A stretch of 64,000 nt of DNA from an uncultured Bacteroidota bacterium (lineage in GTDB: Bacteria; Bacteroidota; Ignavibacteria; Kryptoniales; JAKASW01). A program made the position numbers and the translations under genes. The stretch is from assembly GCA_963704305.1 (NCBI GenBank), contig OY969888.1:1264830-1328829 (forward strand), written 5' to 3'. This document shows positions 37,030-45,956 of the stretch, piece by piece (the stretch's first letter is position 1; every line of letters begins with the position of its first letter). Below the pieces are notes generated by a model that was not told the DNA's origin, ran no database searches, and saw only the letters and a program-made list of their open reading frames with translations.

Positions 37030-39573
37030 CTAATTCTCCAAGCTCTCAACCGTCATCGGCGAGTCCACCGGTTTGTGTGAGGTAAATTCAATGACGGCGC
37101 TCTTCAAACCCCCGGAAACTGCGGTGAGGCGAATTGCGCCGGTCCTTCGTGTGGATTTTATCACGGCGAGTGCAAGTCCGTTAAACACTCTCCGTTCGGA
37201 ACTTTTCATTTGAGTCGTGTCTGTCGGGTTGCCGTTATCGGTGCCTGCCAACTTGGCTTCGCCCTCGACTTCGAACTTAATGAGATTGTCGGCTGTCGGC
37301 ACTACCCAGCCATGTTTGTCAACTATCTCCACTTTGACATCCGCTATGTCTTCACCGTCCGCGTTTATTTCTGTTCTGTCCGCCGACAACCGGATTGAGT
37401 AAGGTTCGGTGGTTGTGTGTATTTCCTCGGTGACAATTTGGCCGTTCTTTCTTCCGACCGCTTTCAGAGCACCCGGCTCGTAAGGAACATCCCACGATAA
37501 GTGCAAGTCAGAAGTTGTCGGGAAAATATATGGATGCGCATACTTGTACCATGCCCCTGCATGGCCTTGCTGTGGAAAGACGTAAGATTTAATGCCGAAA
37601 GATTTGCCGTTCACAAAAAGTTCAACGCTGTCGCAGTTTGTATATGCAATTACCGGAATGACCTGTCCTTCGTGACCTGACCAATTCCAATGAGGAAGAA
37701 GATGCAACATCGGTTTGTCTGTCCATTGACTCTGGTAGAAATAGTAGCTGTCTTTTGGAAAACCACAGAGGTCTATCACTCCGAAAAACGAGCTCCTGCT
37801 CGGCCAGCGAGATTCGCCGAGATAATCTATGCCTGTCCACATGAAGTCGCCGGTAACGTAATCGTGTAATGAAACAAACTCCCACAATTGTTCGGCTTCT
37901 ATCATATTGGTTCTATAATCCATGAAACGGATAAAGGGATTGGAGGATGTGTCGGTTGGCAGAAAATACTCCCCGCGAATACCCGGGATGGAAACGCTCT
38001 CCGTCCCGATCATCTTCCAATCGGGATGATCATGCCTGTCAATGCTGTAATACAACTCTCTGCGTTCTCCCCAGCGGTCGACATAATTATATCCGACAAT
38101 ATCTTGCATCTCCAGGAATTCTGGCTTTGCCGGATACGTAGGATCGGCAATATGATCGTTGGCAACTGTCACCGGCCTGGTAGGATCTTCCTCATGAAAT
38201 GTATCGATCAAACCTTTCAATATGACCGTTCCGGAATCCGAACCCTGATCCGACACTTCGTTTCCAGCACTCCACAAAACAACGCACGGATGATTGCGGT
38301 CGCGATGAATCATGGAAAGAAGATCCGACTTCCAGTTGTCTTTGAAATAGACATGGTATCCGTATTTGACCTGGCCTTTGGCAATTGTCCATTCATCGAA
38401 TGCTTCGTCCATTACAAGGAAACCCAGCTTATCGCAGAGGTCGAGGAACTCGGGCGCAGGCGGATTATGCGATGTCCGAATAGCGTTGCAGCCCATCTCC
38501 TTCAGCAACTGCAAACGTCTTACCCATGCCTGGAGAGGAACTGCGGCACCAAGGCAGCCTGCATCGTGGTGCAGGCATACTCCATTCATCTTCACACGCT
38601 GGCCGTTCAGAAGAAACCCTTTGTCTTTATCATATTCGATCTTGCGAACGCCGAAAGGTGAATCGTACTCATCAACCGTGTCTCTCCCTTCAACAATTGT
38701 CGAATGCAAAGTGTACATGTATGGAGTTTCAATTGACCAGAGCGAAGGAGAGGAAATCTCAATTTGTTGTTTCTCTTCGGATGCACTTGAGGGTGGAAGT
38801 GAAACGCGCGTTTCAACTGTTGCCACCACTTTGCCAGATCCGTCTTCAACTGATGATCGGAGCACAACACTGCTCGAGGCCGCATGTCTATTTTCGATCG
38901 CGGTGCGGATCACGACTGTCGCGGACGTTGAGTCGACAGCAGGAGTTGTAATATACGTTCCCCATTGAGCAACGTGGATCGGCCCAGCGATGTTGAGCCA
39001 AACGTTCCGATAAATTCCCGAGCCGGAGTACCACCGACTGTTAGGCTGAAGTGAGTTATCAACTTTCACGGCGATTACGTTTTCTCCTTGCCTGATAAAA
39101 GGAGTAAGGTCGTAATAGAAACTCGTATATCCGTAATGATGAATTCCAAGATAATGTCCGTTGATCCATACATCGCTGTTCATGTACACGCCATCGAATT
39201 CAACCCAGACATTCTGATCTTTCATAATCGAAGGTATGTTGAAATGCTTTCGATACCACCCGATGCCTGTAGGTAAATAACCTCCGGCTCCACCAGTGGT
39301 CGCATCTTTCTTGAACTCGCCTTCAACGCTCCAATCGTGCGGCAGATTGACCATCTCCCAGCTTCTGTCATCAAAGTCCGGTCTCTCTGCGCCTTTCGCA
39401 TCTGACTGTACAAATCTCCAGTCGTAGTCCATAAAGAGTTTTTGCCGGGCACTGGGTGTGCCCCTATCTAAGATTCGTGGGCTATCTTCGCGCGCGCTAA
39501 AAGATGATAACGATACAAGCCACAGAGTGATTGCCATCGCGAAAATGTATTTGGGCATTTCAGTGTTTTCCAT
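37030..39573 (-). CDS. GH2 beta-galactosidase (DUF4982-containing)
   Basis: VNLPHDWSVEG, FDGVYMN, RWYSGSGIYRNVW, GVCLHHD, AIRTSHNPP, RDRNHP.VVLWSAGNE, WTGIDYLGE. Confidence 0.93.
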   Translation of the reverse strand: MENTEMPKYIFAMAITLWLVSLSSFSAREDSPRILDRGTPSARQKLFMDYDWRFVQSDAKGAERPDFDDRSWEMVNLPHDWSVEGEFKKDATTGGAGGYLPTGIGWYRKHFNIPSIMKDQNVWVEFDGVYMNSDVWINGHYLGIHHYGYTSFYYDLTPFIRQGENVIAVKVDNSLQPNSRWYSGSGIYRNVWLNIAGPIHVAQWGTYITTPAVDSTSATVVIRTAIENRHAASSSVVLRSSVEDGSGKVVATVETRVSLPPSSASEEKQQIEISSPSLWSIETPYMYTLHSTIVEGRDTVDEYDSPFGVRKIEYDKDKGFLLNGQRVKMNGVCLHHDAGCLGAAVPLQAWVRRLQLLKEMGCNAIRTSHNPPAPEFLDLCDKLGFLVMDEAFDEWTIAKGQVKYGYHVYFKDNWKSDLLSMIHRDRNHPCVVLWSAGNEVSDQGSDSGTVILKGLIDTFHEEDPTRPVTVANDHIADPTYPAKPEFLEMQDIVGYNYVDRWGERRELYYSIDRHDHPDWKMIGTESVSIPGIRGEYFLPTDTSSNPFIRFMDYRTNMIEAEQLWEFVSLHDYVTGDFMWTGIDYLGESRWPSRSSFFGVIDLCGFPKDSYYFYQSQWTDKPMLHLLPHWNWSGHEGQVIPVIAYTNCDSVELFVNGKSFGIKSYVFPQQGHAGAWYKYAHPYIFPTTSDLHLSWDVPYEPGALKAVGRKNGQIVTEEIHTTTEPYSIRLSADRTEINADGEDIADVKVEIVDKHGWVVPTADNLIKFEVEGEAKLAGTDNGNPTDTTQMKSSERRVFNGLALAVIKSTRRTGAIRLTAVSGGLKSAVIEFTSHKPVDSPMTVESLEN

Positions 39574-39725
39574 CTTCTTGTTTCTCCAATGCCAGCCGCT
39601 TTTTCAGCACTTCAGTCCTATGGCCCGCTTCGATCCTGATGTCCACTATTTCATAGTCCTCCTCTGCTAAGGCAAATCTTAATGCCTGCGCCATGATTCC
39701 CGTTCACCAAAGTGCACGCATCCTC

Positions 39726-40478
39726 TCAATCCAACAACCAGCCTGCGTCGACGACAAGGTTATGCCCAGTTGTAGCTTTGCTGGAATCAGACAAAAGAAA
39801 AAGGATATGGTTAGCAATATCTTCAGGCTGTATCTTTATTTTCAAAGACTGCTTGGAAAACAGATCAGTCAAACGTTTCTTGTCTTTCGCTTCGTCATCC
39901 GTGTCAAAATACTCTTTCTTCTGGCGTTCGGTAAAAATCCAGCCAGGGGAGATGCAATTGATGCGGATGCCCTCCCTTCCCAATTCCCTGGCGAGCCCTG
40001 ATGTCAATCCAATGATTCCGGCCTTGCTGGCGGAATAAATGCTTCTTCCGGAGACACCCAGCCTATAATTGATTGAAGATATATTGACAATACTTTTTCC
40101 CTTTCCGTTCCTTAGCATCTTAAGCGACGACCGGATACAGAGATAGTATCCTCTCAGATTAAGATCGACAATTTCATTCCAGCGTTTCGCGTCTCCATCT
40201 GCGAGCGAAACTATTGGGTCGATGCCTGCTACGTTCACAAGATAATCAATCGATTTTGTCTCCTTGTTTACGGAATCGAATGTCTTTTCTATTTCTTCTG
40301 CCAATTTTAGGTCACAGGAATAATGGAGATAGTTCGGGTGATTGATCGTAGCATCACTGCAATCAATCCCGAAGACCCTTGCCTTTTGCTCCAGCAACCC
40401 GACAGAAGTGGCTCTTCCAATTCCCTGGGAAGCACCTGTGACTACAGCGAGTTTTCCGCTGATATCTTCGTAGACCAT
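39726..40478 (-). CDS. SDR-family oxidoreductase, aldose 1-dehydrogenase-like
   Basis: TGASQGIG, NVAG, YSASK, ARELG..GIRINCISPGWIFTERQ...TGHNLVVDAGW; resembles Caulobacter XylB-type sugar dehydrogenases as I recall them. Confidence 0.8.
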   Translation of the reverse strand: MVYEDISGKLAVVTGASQGIGRATSVGLLEQKARVFGIDCSDATINHPNYLHYSCDLKLAEEIEKTFDSVNKETKSIDYLVNVAGIDPIVSLADGDAKRWNEIVDLNLRGYYLCIRSSLKMLRNGKGKSIVNISSINYRLGVSGRSIYSASKAGIIGLTSGLARELGREGIRINCISPGWIFTERQKKEYFDTDDEAKDKKRLTDLFSKQSLKIKIQPEDIANHILFLLSDSSKATTGHNLVVDAGWLLD

Positions 40479-40549
40479 GGTCGTTTCTTACTTTTTGCTC
40501 TCTCGTAAGAATGTTTTCTGGTACGTACTCCAAGGTGTTCGCCTCATTG

Positions 40550-43000
40550 TCATCTCGCTTGAACTACAGCAACGCCTTTCTTCATTTCTCCTGATGCTGC
40601 AGTTAAAGTAATCGAACCCGGACGGCCGGCATTTTCGACGGCGACCATGCATTTCCCACGATAGGCATCGTGTTGGTTCGATCTGTAACTCTTCACATCA
40701 TTGTCATTTCCATTTTCTATACCGAGGATTCTTCCTCCACCATTGATATCGAAAGTAATCAAACTGTCCGCGTCAGGTACCGTATAGCCCTTCTCGTCCT
40801 CGATAAGGACTTCTACTAAAGCGACACTTCCGATGCCGGACACTATCCGCGATTCGGTTGGTACCAAAACAATCTTGTATGGCTCGCCTGATGTATGCAA
40901 TTCGTCAGTCGCGACAACCTTTCCGCTATCTTCCGCCACCACTTTTAACACGCCAGGTTCGTAACTGACCTCCCATGATAATATCGGATCGCTGAACTCA
41001 GAACGTTCCTTGGCTCCGACCGATTTGCCATTCAGAAATAACTCCGCCCTTTGGCAGTTCGTGTAGCAAATGGCGGTTACTCTCTTTCCATCAGGCAAAT
41101 TCCAAGAATCTTCAAAATCATCGTTGCCGCCACGGGATGCTTTGACTGATATGTGAACGACGGGCTTATCCGACCACAAGCTTTGTCTGAAATAGAAATT
41201 CGGTTTCTTGAAACCGGCAAGGTCGATTAGACCCCACCCGTGACATCTATTAGGAAATTTCCCTGCCTCACCAAGATAGTCAACTCCGGTCCATAAGAAC
41301 TGACCGGCAATGTAGGGGAGATCCCTTACAGAAACCCACGGCTGGAATGACTGGCCAGTTTCACTCGCCACAATTTTTCTTTCCGGAAATTCTGTATGAT
41401 CTCTTTTGTAATAAGCCTCCATATAATTGTAGCCGACGACATCCAAGAGAGCTGCCAGCCCCAGACTGTCCGATTGAGGAATATTTGCAAGCGCCGCTGT
41501 GACGGGGCGAGTCGTATCCAGCTCTTTCGCAGTCTTTACAAGTTTCTGTGCTATTGGAATAAGCTCTTTTGCAGAAGGTCTCCAGCTTTCATAATAAGAA
41601 TCATTCGGGTCTGCGTACGGATCGTTAGGAGAGTCAATCTCATTCCCTATGCTCCACAATATTATTGATGGATGATTCCTATCTTGCAATATCATGTCAG
41701 TCAGATCTTTTGTTGCCCAATCATTAAAGTATTCATGATAACCGTACTCCTCGTAATAAACATGCAGACCTTTTGATAGCTCTTCCTTTCCGACATTCCA
41801 ACCCTGCATCCATTTCTTTTTTCCTCTTGCCCATTCGTCAAAAGCTTCATCCATGACAAGGAGACCCATTCGATCACAAAGGTCGAGGAACTCTGGCCCC
41901 GGTGGATTGTGACTGGTGCGTATCGCGTTTGCACCCATTTCTTTCAGAAGTCTGAATCTAAGCTTCCAGACGCTCAATGGAACTGCCGTTCCACCAAGTC
42001 CCCCGGCATCGTCGTGGAGGCAGACTCCCTTCAGCTTGAGGTTCTTACCGTTCAAGAAGAAGCCGCTGTCGGGGTCAAACCGAATCTCCCTGATTCCGAA
42101 CTGAGTTTTGTAGCTGTCAATAACTTTGCCGTGGAACTTCAAAGAGTTGACGGCTGAATACATGTATGGGCTATCGGGCGACCACAATCTCGACTTTGGA
42201 ATTCTCAATGCCTGTTCGAACTCATACTCACCATCCTCCTGGATTTCATGGATTGTTTCTAGAACGCCGACAACGCGCTTTTCTTCATCAAGAATTGTCG
42301 TTTTCAAACTCAGCTCATCGGCAGTTGTTGTTCCATTTACGACGTAAGTCCTAGCAAGTACCGTCGCAGAGTCGTTTGAAAGGTTGGCGGTCGTTATGAA
42401 CGTTCCCCATTGCTTAATATGCATTCTATTTGTGGTGATCAACCAAACGTCGCGATAAATTCCAGAGCCGCTGTACCACCGCGAGTCGGCGTCCTGAGAA
42501 TGATCGACTCGTACAGCCAAAACATTATTCTCACTTCCAAATTTCAGATATGGTGACAATTCATACCTGAATCCGATGCAGCCGTAAGGACGTTTTCCCA
42601 GGTAATGACCATTGATCCAGACCTCGCTATTCTCATAGACTCCGTCGAATAGTATGCTGACATTCCTTCCGCGTTCCTTCTCGGAGATTCTGAAGGACTT
42701 CCTGTACCAACCAATCCCGCCTAGTAAATATGCCTGACAACTTGGATTAACTCTGTCGAAAGGCCCCTCTATGCTCCAGTCGTGAGGTAAGTTAACATTT
42801 CTCCATACTGAGTCGTCATAATCCGGTTTCTCCGCACTACCAGGATCTCCCTTGAAGAACTTCCAGCCAAAATCAAAGTTCTCGGTTGTCCTGACAGATT
42901 TATCCAACTGACAGAAGGAATCAGAAAAACTAAAAACACTGAACATTATTGTGAAGATAACGAAACACATTCCCTTAACAGCGATCGAGAAATGATTCAA
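40550..43000 (-). CDS. GH2 beta-galactosidase (DUF4982-containing)
   Basis: VNLPHDWSIEG, FDGVYEN, RWYSGSGIYRDVW, GVCLHDD, AIRTSHNPP, DRNHPSIILWSIGNE, WTGVDYLGE. Confidence 0.93.
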   Translation of the reverse strand: MNHFSIAVKGMCFVIFTIMFSVFSFSDSFCQLDKSVRTTENFDFGWKFFKGDPGSAEKPDYDDSVWRNVNLPHDWSIEGPFDRVNPSCQAYLLGGIGWYRKSFRISEKERGRNVSILFDGVYENSEVWINGHYLGKRPYGCIGFRYELSPYLKFGSENNVLAVRVDHSQDADSRWYSGSGIYRDVWLITTNRMHIKQWGTFITTANLSNDSATVLARTYVVNGTTTADELSLKTTILDEEKRVVGVLETIHEIQEDGEYEFEQALRIPKSRLWSPDSPYMYSAVNSLKFHGKVIDSYKTQFGIREIRFDPDSGFFLNGKNLKLKGVCLHDDAGGLGGTAVPLSVWKLRFRLLKEMGANAIRTSHNPPGPEFLDLCDRMGLLVMDEAFDEWARGKKKWMQGWNVGKEELSKGLHVYYEEYGYHEYFNDWATKDLTDMILQDRNHPSIILWSIGNEIDSPNDPYADPNDSYYESWRPSAKELIPIAQKLVKTAKELDTTRPVTAALANIPQSDSLGLAALLDVVGYNYMEAYYKRDHTEFPERKIVASETGQSFQPWVSVRDLPYIAGQFLWTGVDYLGEAGKFPNRCHGWGLIDLAGFKKPNFYFRQSLWSDKPVVHISVKASRGGNDDFEDSWNLPDGKRVTAICYTNCQRAELFLNGKSVGAKERSEFSDPILSWEVSYEPGVLKVVAEDSGKVVATDELHTSGEPYKIVLVPTESRIVSGIGSVALVEVLIEDEKGYTVPDADSLITFDINGGGRILGIENGNDNDVKSYRSNQHDAYRGKCMVAVENAGRPGSITLTAASGEMKKGVAVVQAR

Positions 43001-43015
43001 GCGTTCACCTTCAAT

Positions 43016-45760
43016 TCATTTGAGCAAAAGAAGCTTCTTAGTATCATGGTACGAACCTGCGTCTAGACTGTAGAAATACACACCACTTGTAAGGGATTCA
43101 GCGTTAAATGAGACTGTGTGAATTCCCGCGCTCTCACGACAATCTATTAGAGTTCTTACTTCTCTTCCCAATGCATCAAAGATCTTCAATGTGACTTGAC
43201 AAGTCATCGGCAATTGAAAGCTGATCGTTGTGGTAGGGTTGAATGGGTTAGGATGATTTTGAAACAACTCGTACCCCGTTGGAACAGTTGACGCTTGACG
43301 GACGGCAGAGACGCTGGATTCGAGAATGTCTACCCGATCGGGCACCACCCAATAGTCGCTGCTGCTCGGGTTTTTCGTCCCGGTGATGCGGAGTTTAAAG
43401 ACATGGTCGCCGTCAGCCAGGACAGGACTTGTCCACATGAGTTGGTTGCCCGCGCGCGTTGCAGAGTAGAAATCAATATTGGTTTCGGCCCCGCCATCTA
43501 TCGATACAGCACCTATGCCGTGCTTGGGATCTTTGACGCCGTAGAACTCTAATTGTGAACCGCGGAACTCTACCGTCACGTAGTCGTTCGACGTATTGTC
43601 CCATGAGTTGGTTTGGTCATATAGGTCCGAGCCGCATGCAGTGCAGTGCTGCCAACCTGAGCCGATGTAGTCGAAGAAATCAATCCCCGCACCCAGAGCT
43701 GCATCATCTATGGTAATGAGTGCTGACCCCCCACTGCCGGTAGTGTCGACTGAGAAATCATCGAACTCCGCATTCTGCCACTTGCTAACCAGTAATCCAA
43801 CTTGGCCGGAATTGTATGTTCCGTCATTGATAGAGGCAACCAGCGCCGAGTCAACGTAAGCCCGGACGGTGTCGCCTCTGAACCAAAGAGAGAGATTGTG
43901 CCACATGTTCAAACCAATCGACGCACTTCCCGATGCGAGTTGGGTATCGTTACCTCCAATATTTTCTTTAAAAAGGATCCAGCTCCCGCCGCTCGTCACC
44001 CGCAGATGATAACCCTGTGACGCTCCGGGCGACGACTCTGCCTGTGCGCCAAGGCGTCCTATGAGCTCTAAATAACCACTTCCTTCAAGTAACGCATCGG
44101 TGCTGACTTGATAGTTGGACCACCCAGGATCGCCGACAACAACAAGTGGCGCCGTCGGTGAACCGCCGCCCCATTCTATGGGAGGAATAGTGATCTCCTG
44201 ACGAAGGCACATCCCTGTCTGTCCATCTCGTGCGCTGTCCGCTTCGAATGCTCCCTGGATCGAGTCAAAGTACTTTGGTATCTGTCCCAGCGTATCTTCA
44301 TTGAAAGTCTCCACGAATGGCAATACCATGGTTTGTGATTTCGGCGGTATTGCATTCCCTTTCATCTGACCCGTAGTCGAACTTATTGTGTAAACATATC
44401 CCCGCTGGAATGTAACCGTGTAGCTTCCGTTGACAGGCACAATGTCGCTGTCATCCACGAAGTAATCTGAGGAATTTGTTGAATTGAGATTTGTCGACCA
44501 TATGTGCACCACGTCCGTTGGCAATCCGCCTGTCACTGAAAACGTCGCCGTCTGCGGTGCCGATGCATCTACCGTCTCAACTATGATGCTGTAGTTTTTG
44601 TTGTCAGGCGATTTCAGCGTCACATAGCTGCCGTTTGCACGGTTCCCTCCGAAGTATCCGCTGGCGCTGTCAACATACTGCCAGCCTACCTGTACAAACT
44701 GTGCAGTATGTGCCATGACCCAGATACTCTTTCCTACATGATAGAAACCCGACCAGGGCTCGTCGGCAAGCATGAGTCCATCTCCGTAATACGGAAGCGT
44801 CCGATACCATGCGGCTATCAAGCTCCAGTTGATATATGCGGTCATCTTGCTGTCGATGTAATCACGGCTCAGTGCCCTCGCAAGCGGTATCGCTCCAGCA
44901 TCGTAGTTCTGAGATCCGCTTTCGCTTGCCCACACCGGAATTCCCAACCCTTCTGCAACAGTCGTGTAAGTATTATCGGAGCATGTTTGTTCAGACGTCA
45001 TCCATCCGCACGGATAGTGTACTCCCATGATGTCAACGCATGATTTGAACGTGCTGTCGCTGGTTAGGTCTGCAGCTACGTTCCATCCGGGTGAATTGTC
45101 TGCCGCCACGACCTTAGTGGTTAATCCATTGGCCAGCAAAGCCTTCTTGAGATTTTCAAACCAAGTCTTGTTCCAGCCGGACTCATTCCACCCGCCGACA
45201 TAATCGATGTGCAAGTTATGTTCGGACTTGGCATGCTTTATCCAACTGATTATATAGTTGATGTTGTCCTGCGACCAGAATCCGCCAGAGAACCAGCCCG
45301 GCGCTCCCCATTCCAATCCATAAAGTATGATATTCGGATTTCTGAGTTTCGCCTGTTCCATCAACCACCACTCGTAACCGCGGTTGTAGTTGGGATCGAT
45401 TCGCGACCTCATGTGGCTCGCCTCGGCTCCGTTCGTACTGTTTGCATCACATCCTATTTCCACCTTTAGGATCTGAAGGCTCGCTCCATAATTAGGCTTG
45501 AATAAATAATCCAGTATTTCATCGCGTTGCTGCTCCGGATAATCCCACAATAGCCGTGACGTCCCGCCACCTCCGCTCAAGCCTCCTATACCGTCATACA
45601 GGCGTCCCAAGCCTTTCCCGTCGATTACGATGCCTGTACCCTGAGCCATCAATCTCGTGAAGCCAATCGAGATGAAAAGAAGAGAAGAGAAAGTAAGACA
45701 GCGCCCGAGTGCGGATTCGAAGATTCTCCAGATCTCGCGGGAACACCTAAAGAATTTCAT
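43016..45760 (-). CDS. GH59 galactosylceramidase-like beta-galactosidase with an extra beta-sandwich module and T9SS CTD
   Basis: YDGIGGLSGGGGTSRLL..YPE..RDEILDYLFKPNYGASLQILKVEIG.D...EASHM follows the GALC pattern; GGWNES and WASESG; CTD HPNPFNPTTTI...SGVYFYSL...KKLLLLK. Confidence 0.88.
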   Translation of the reverse strand: MKFFRCSREIWRIFESALGRCLTFSSLLFISIGFTRLMAQGTGIVIDGKGLGRLYDGIGGLSGGGGTSRLLWDYPEQQRDEILDYLFKPNYGASLQILKVEIGCDANSTNGAEASHMRSRIDPNYNRGYEWWLMEQAKLRNPNIILYGLEWGAPGWFSGGFWSQDNINYIISWIKHAKSEHNLHIDYVGGWNESGWNKTWFENLKKALLANGLTTKVVAADNSPGWNVAADLTSDSTFKSCVDIMGVHYPCGWMTSEQTCSDNTYTTVAEGLGIPVWASESGSQNYDAGAIPLARALSRDYIDSKMTAYINWSLIAAWYRTLPYYGDGLMLADEPWSGFYHVGKSIWVMAHTAQFVQVGWQYVDSASGYFGGNRANGSYVTLKSPDNKNYSIIVETVDASAPQTATFSVTGGLPTDVVHIWSTNLNSTNSSDYFVDDSDIVPVNGSYTVTFQRGYVYTISSTTGQMKGNAIPPKSQTMVLPFVETFNEDTLGQIPKYFDSIQGAFEADSARDGQTGMCLRQEITIPPIEWGGGSPTAPLVVVGDPGWSNYQVSTDALLEGSGYLELIGRLGAQAESSPGASQGYHLRVTSGGSWILFKENIGGNDTQLASGSASIGLNMWHNLSLWFRGDTVRAYVDSALVASINDGTYNSGQVGLLVSKWQNAEFDDFSVDTTGSGGSALITIDDAALGAGIDFFDYIGSGWQHCTACGSDLYDQTNSWDNTSNDYVTVEFRGSQLEFYGVKDPKHGIGAVSIDGGAETNIDFYSATRAGNQLMWTSPVLADGDHVFKLRITGTKNPSSSDYWVVPDRVDILESSVSAVRQASTVPTGYELFQNHPNPFNPTTTISFQLPMTCQVTLKIFDALGREVRTLIDCRESAGIHTVSFNAESLTSGVYFYSLDAGSYHDTKKLLLLK

Positions 45761-45956
45761 CTGTGGCTCATTGCCGGTGTAGAGACGGAGCGTGTGGGCA
45801 TCAAAGCATGTTTCAACATTGAACATTCGTACGAGAGAATACCCTTGAATGCGGGCGCAGAGCTTCGTAAGAGGCCATGAATTATATGGAAGAGCCTGCA
45901 GCCGACAAGACTGCAGGCATGATCCATCCCTTCAGAAGGAGAAGAATTGCGCCACG

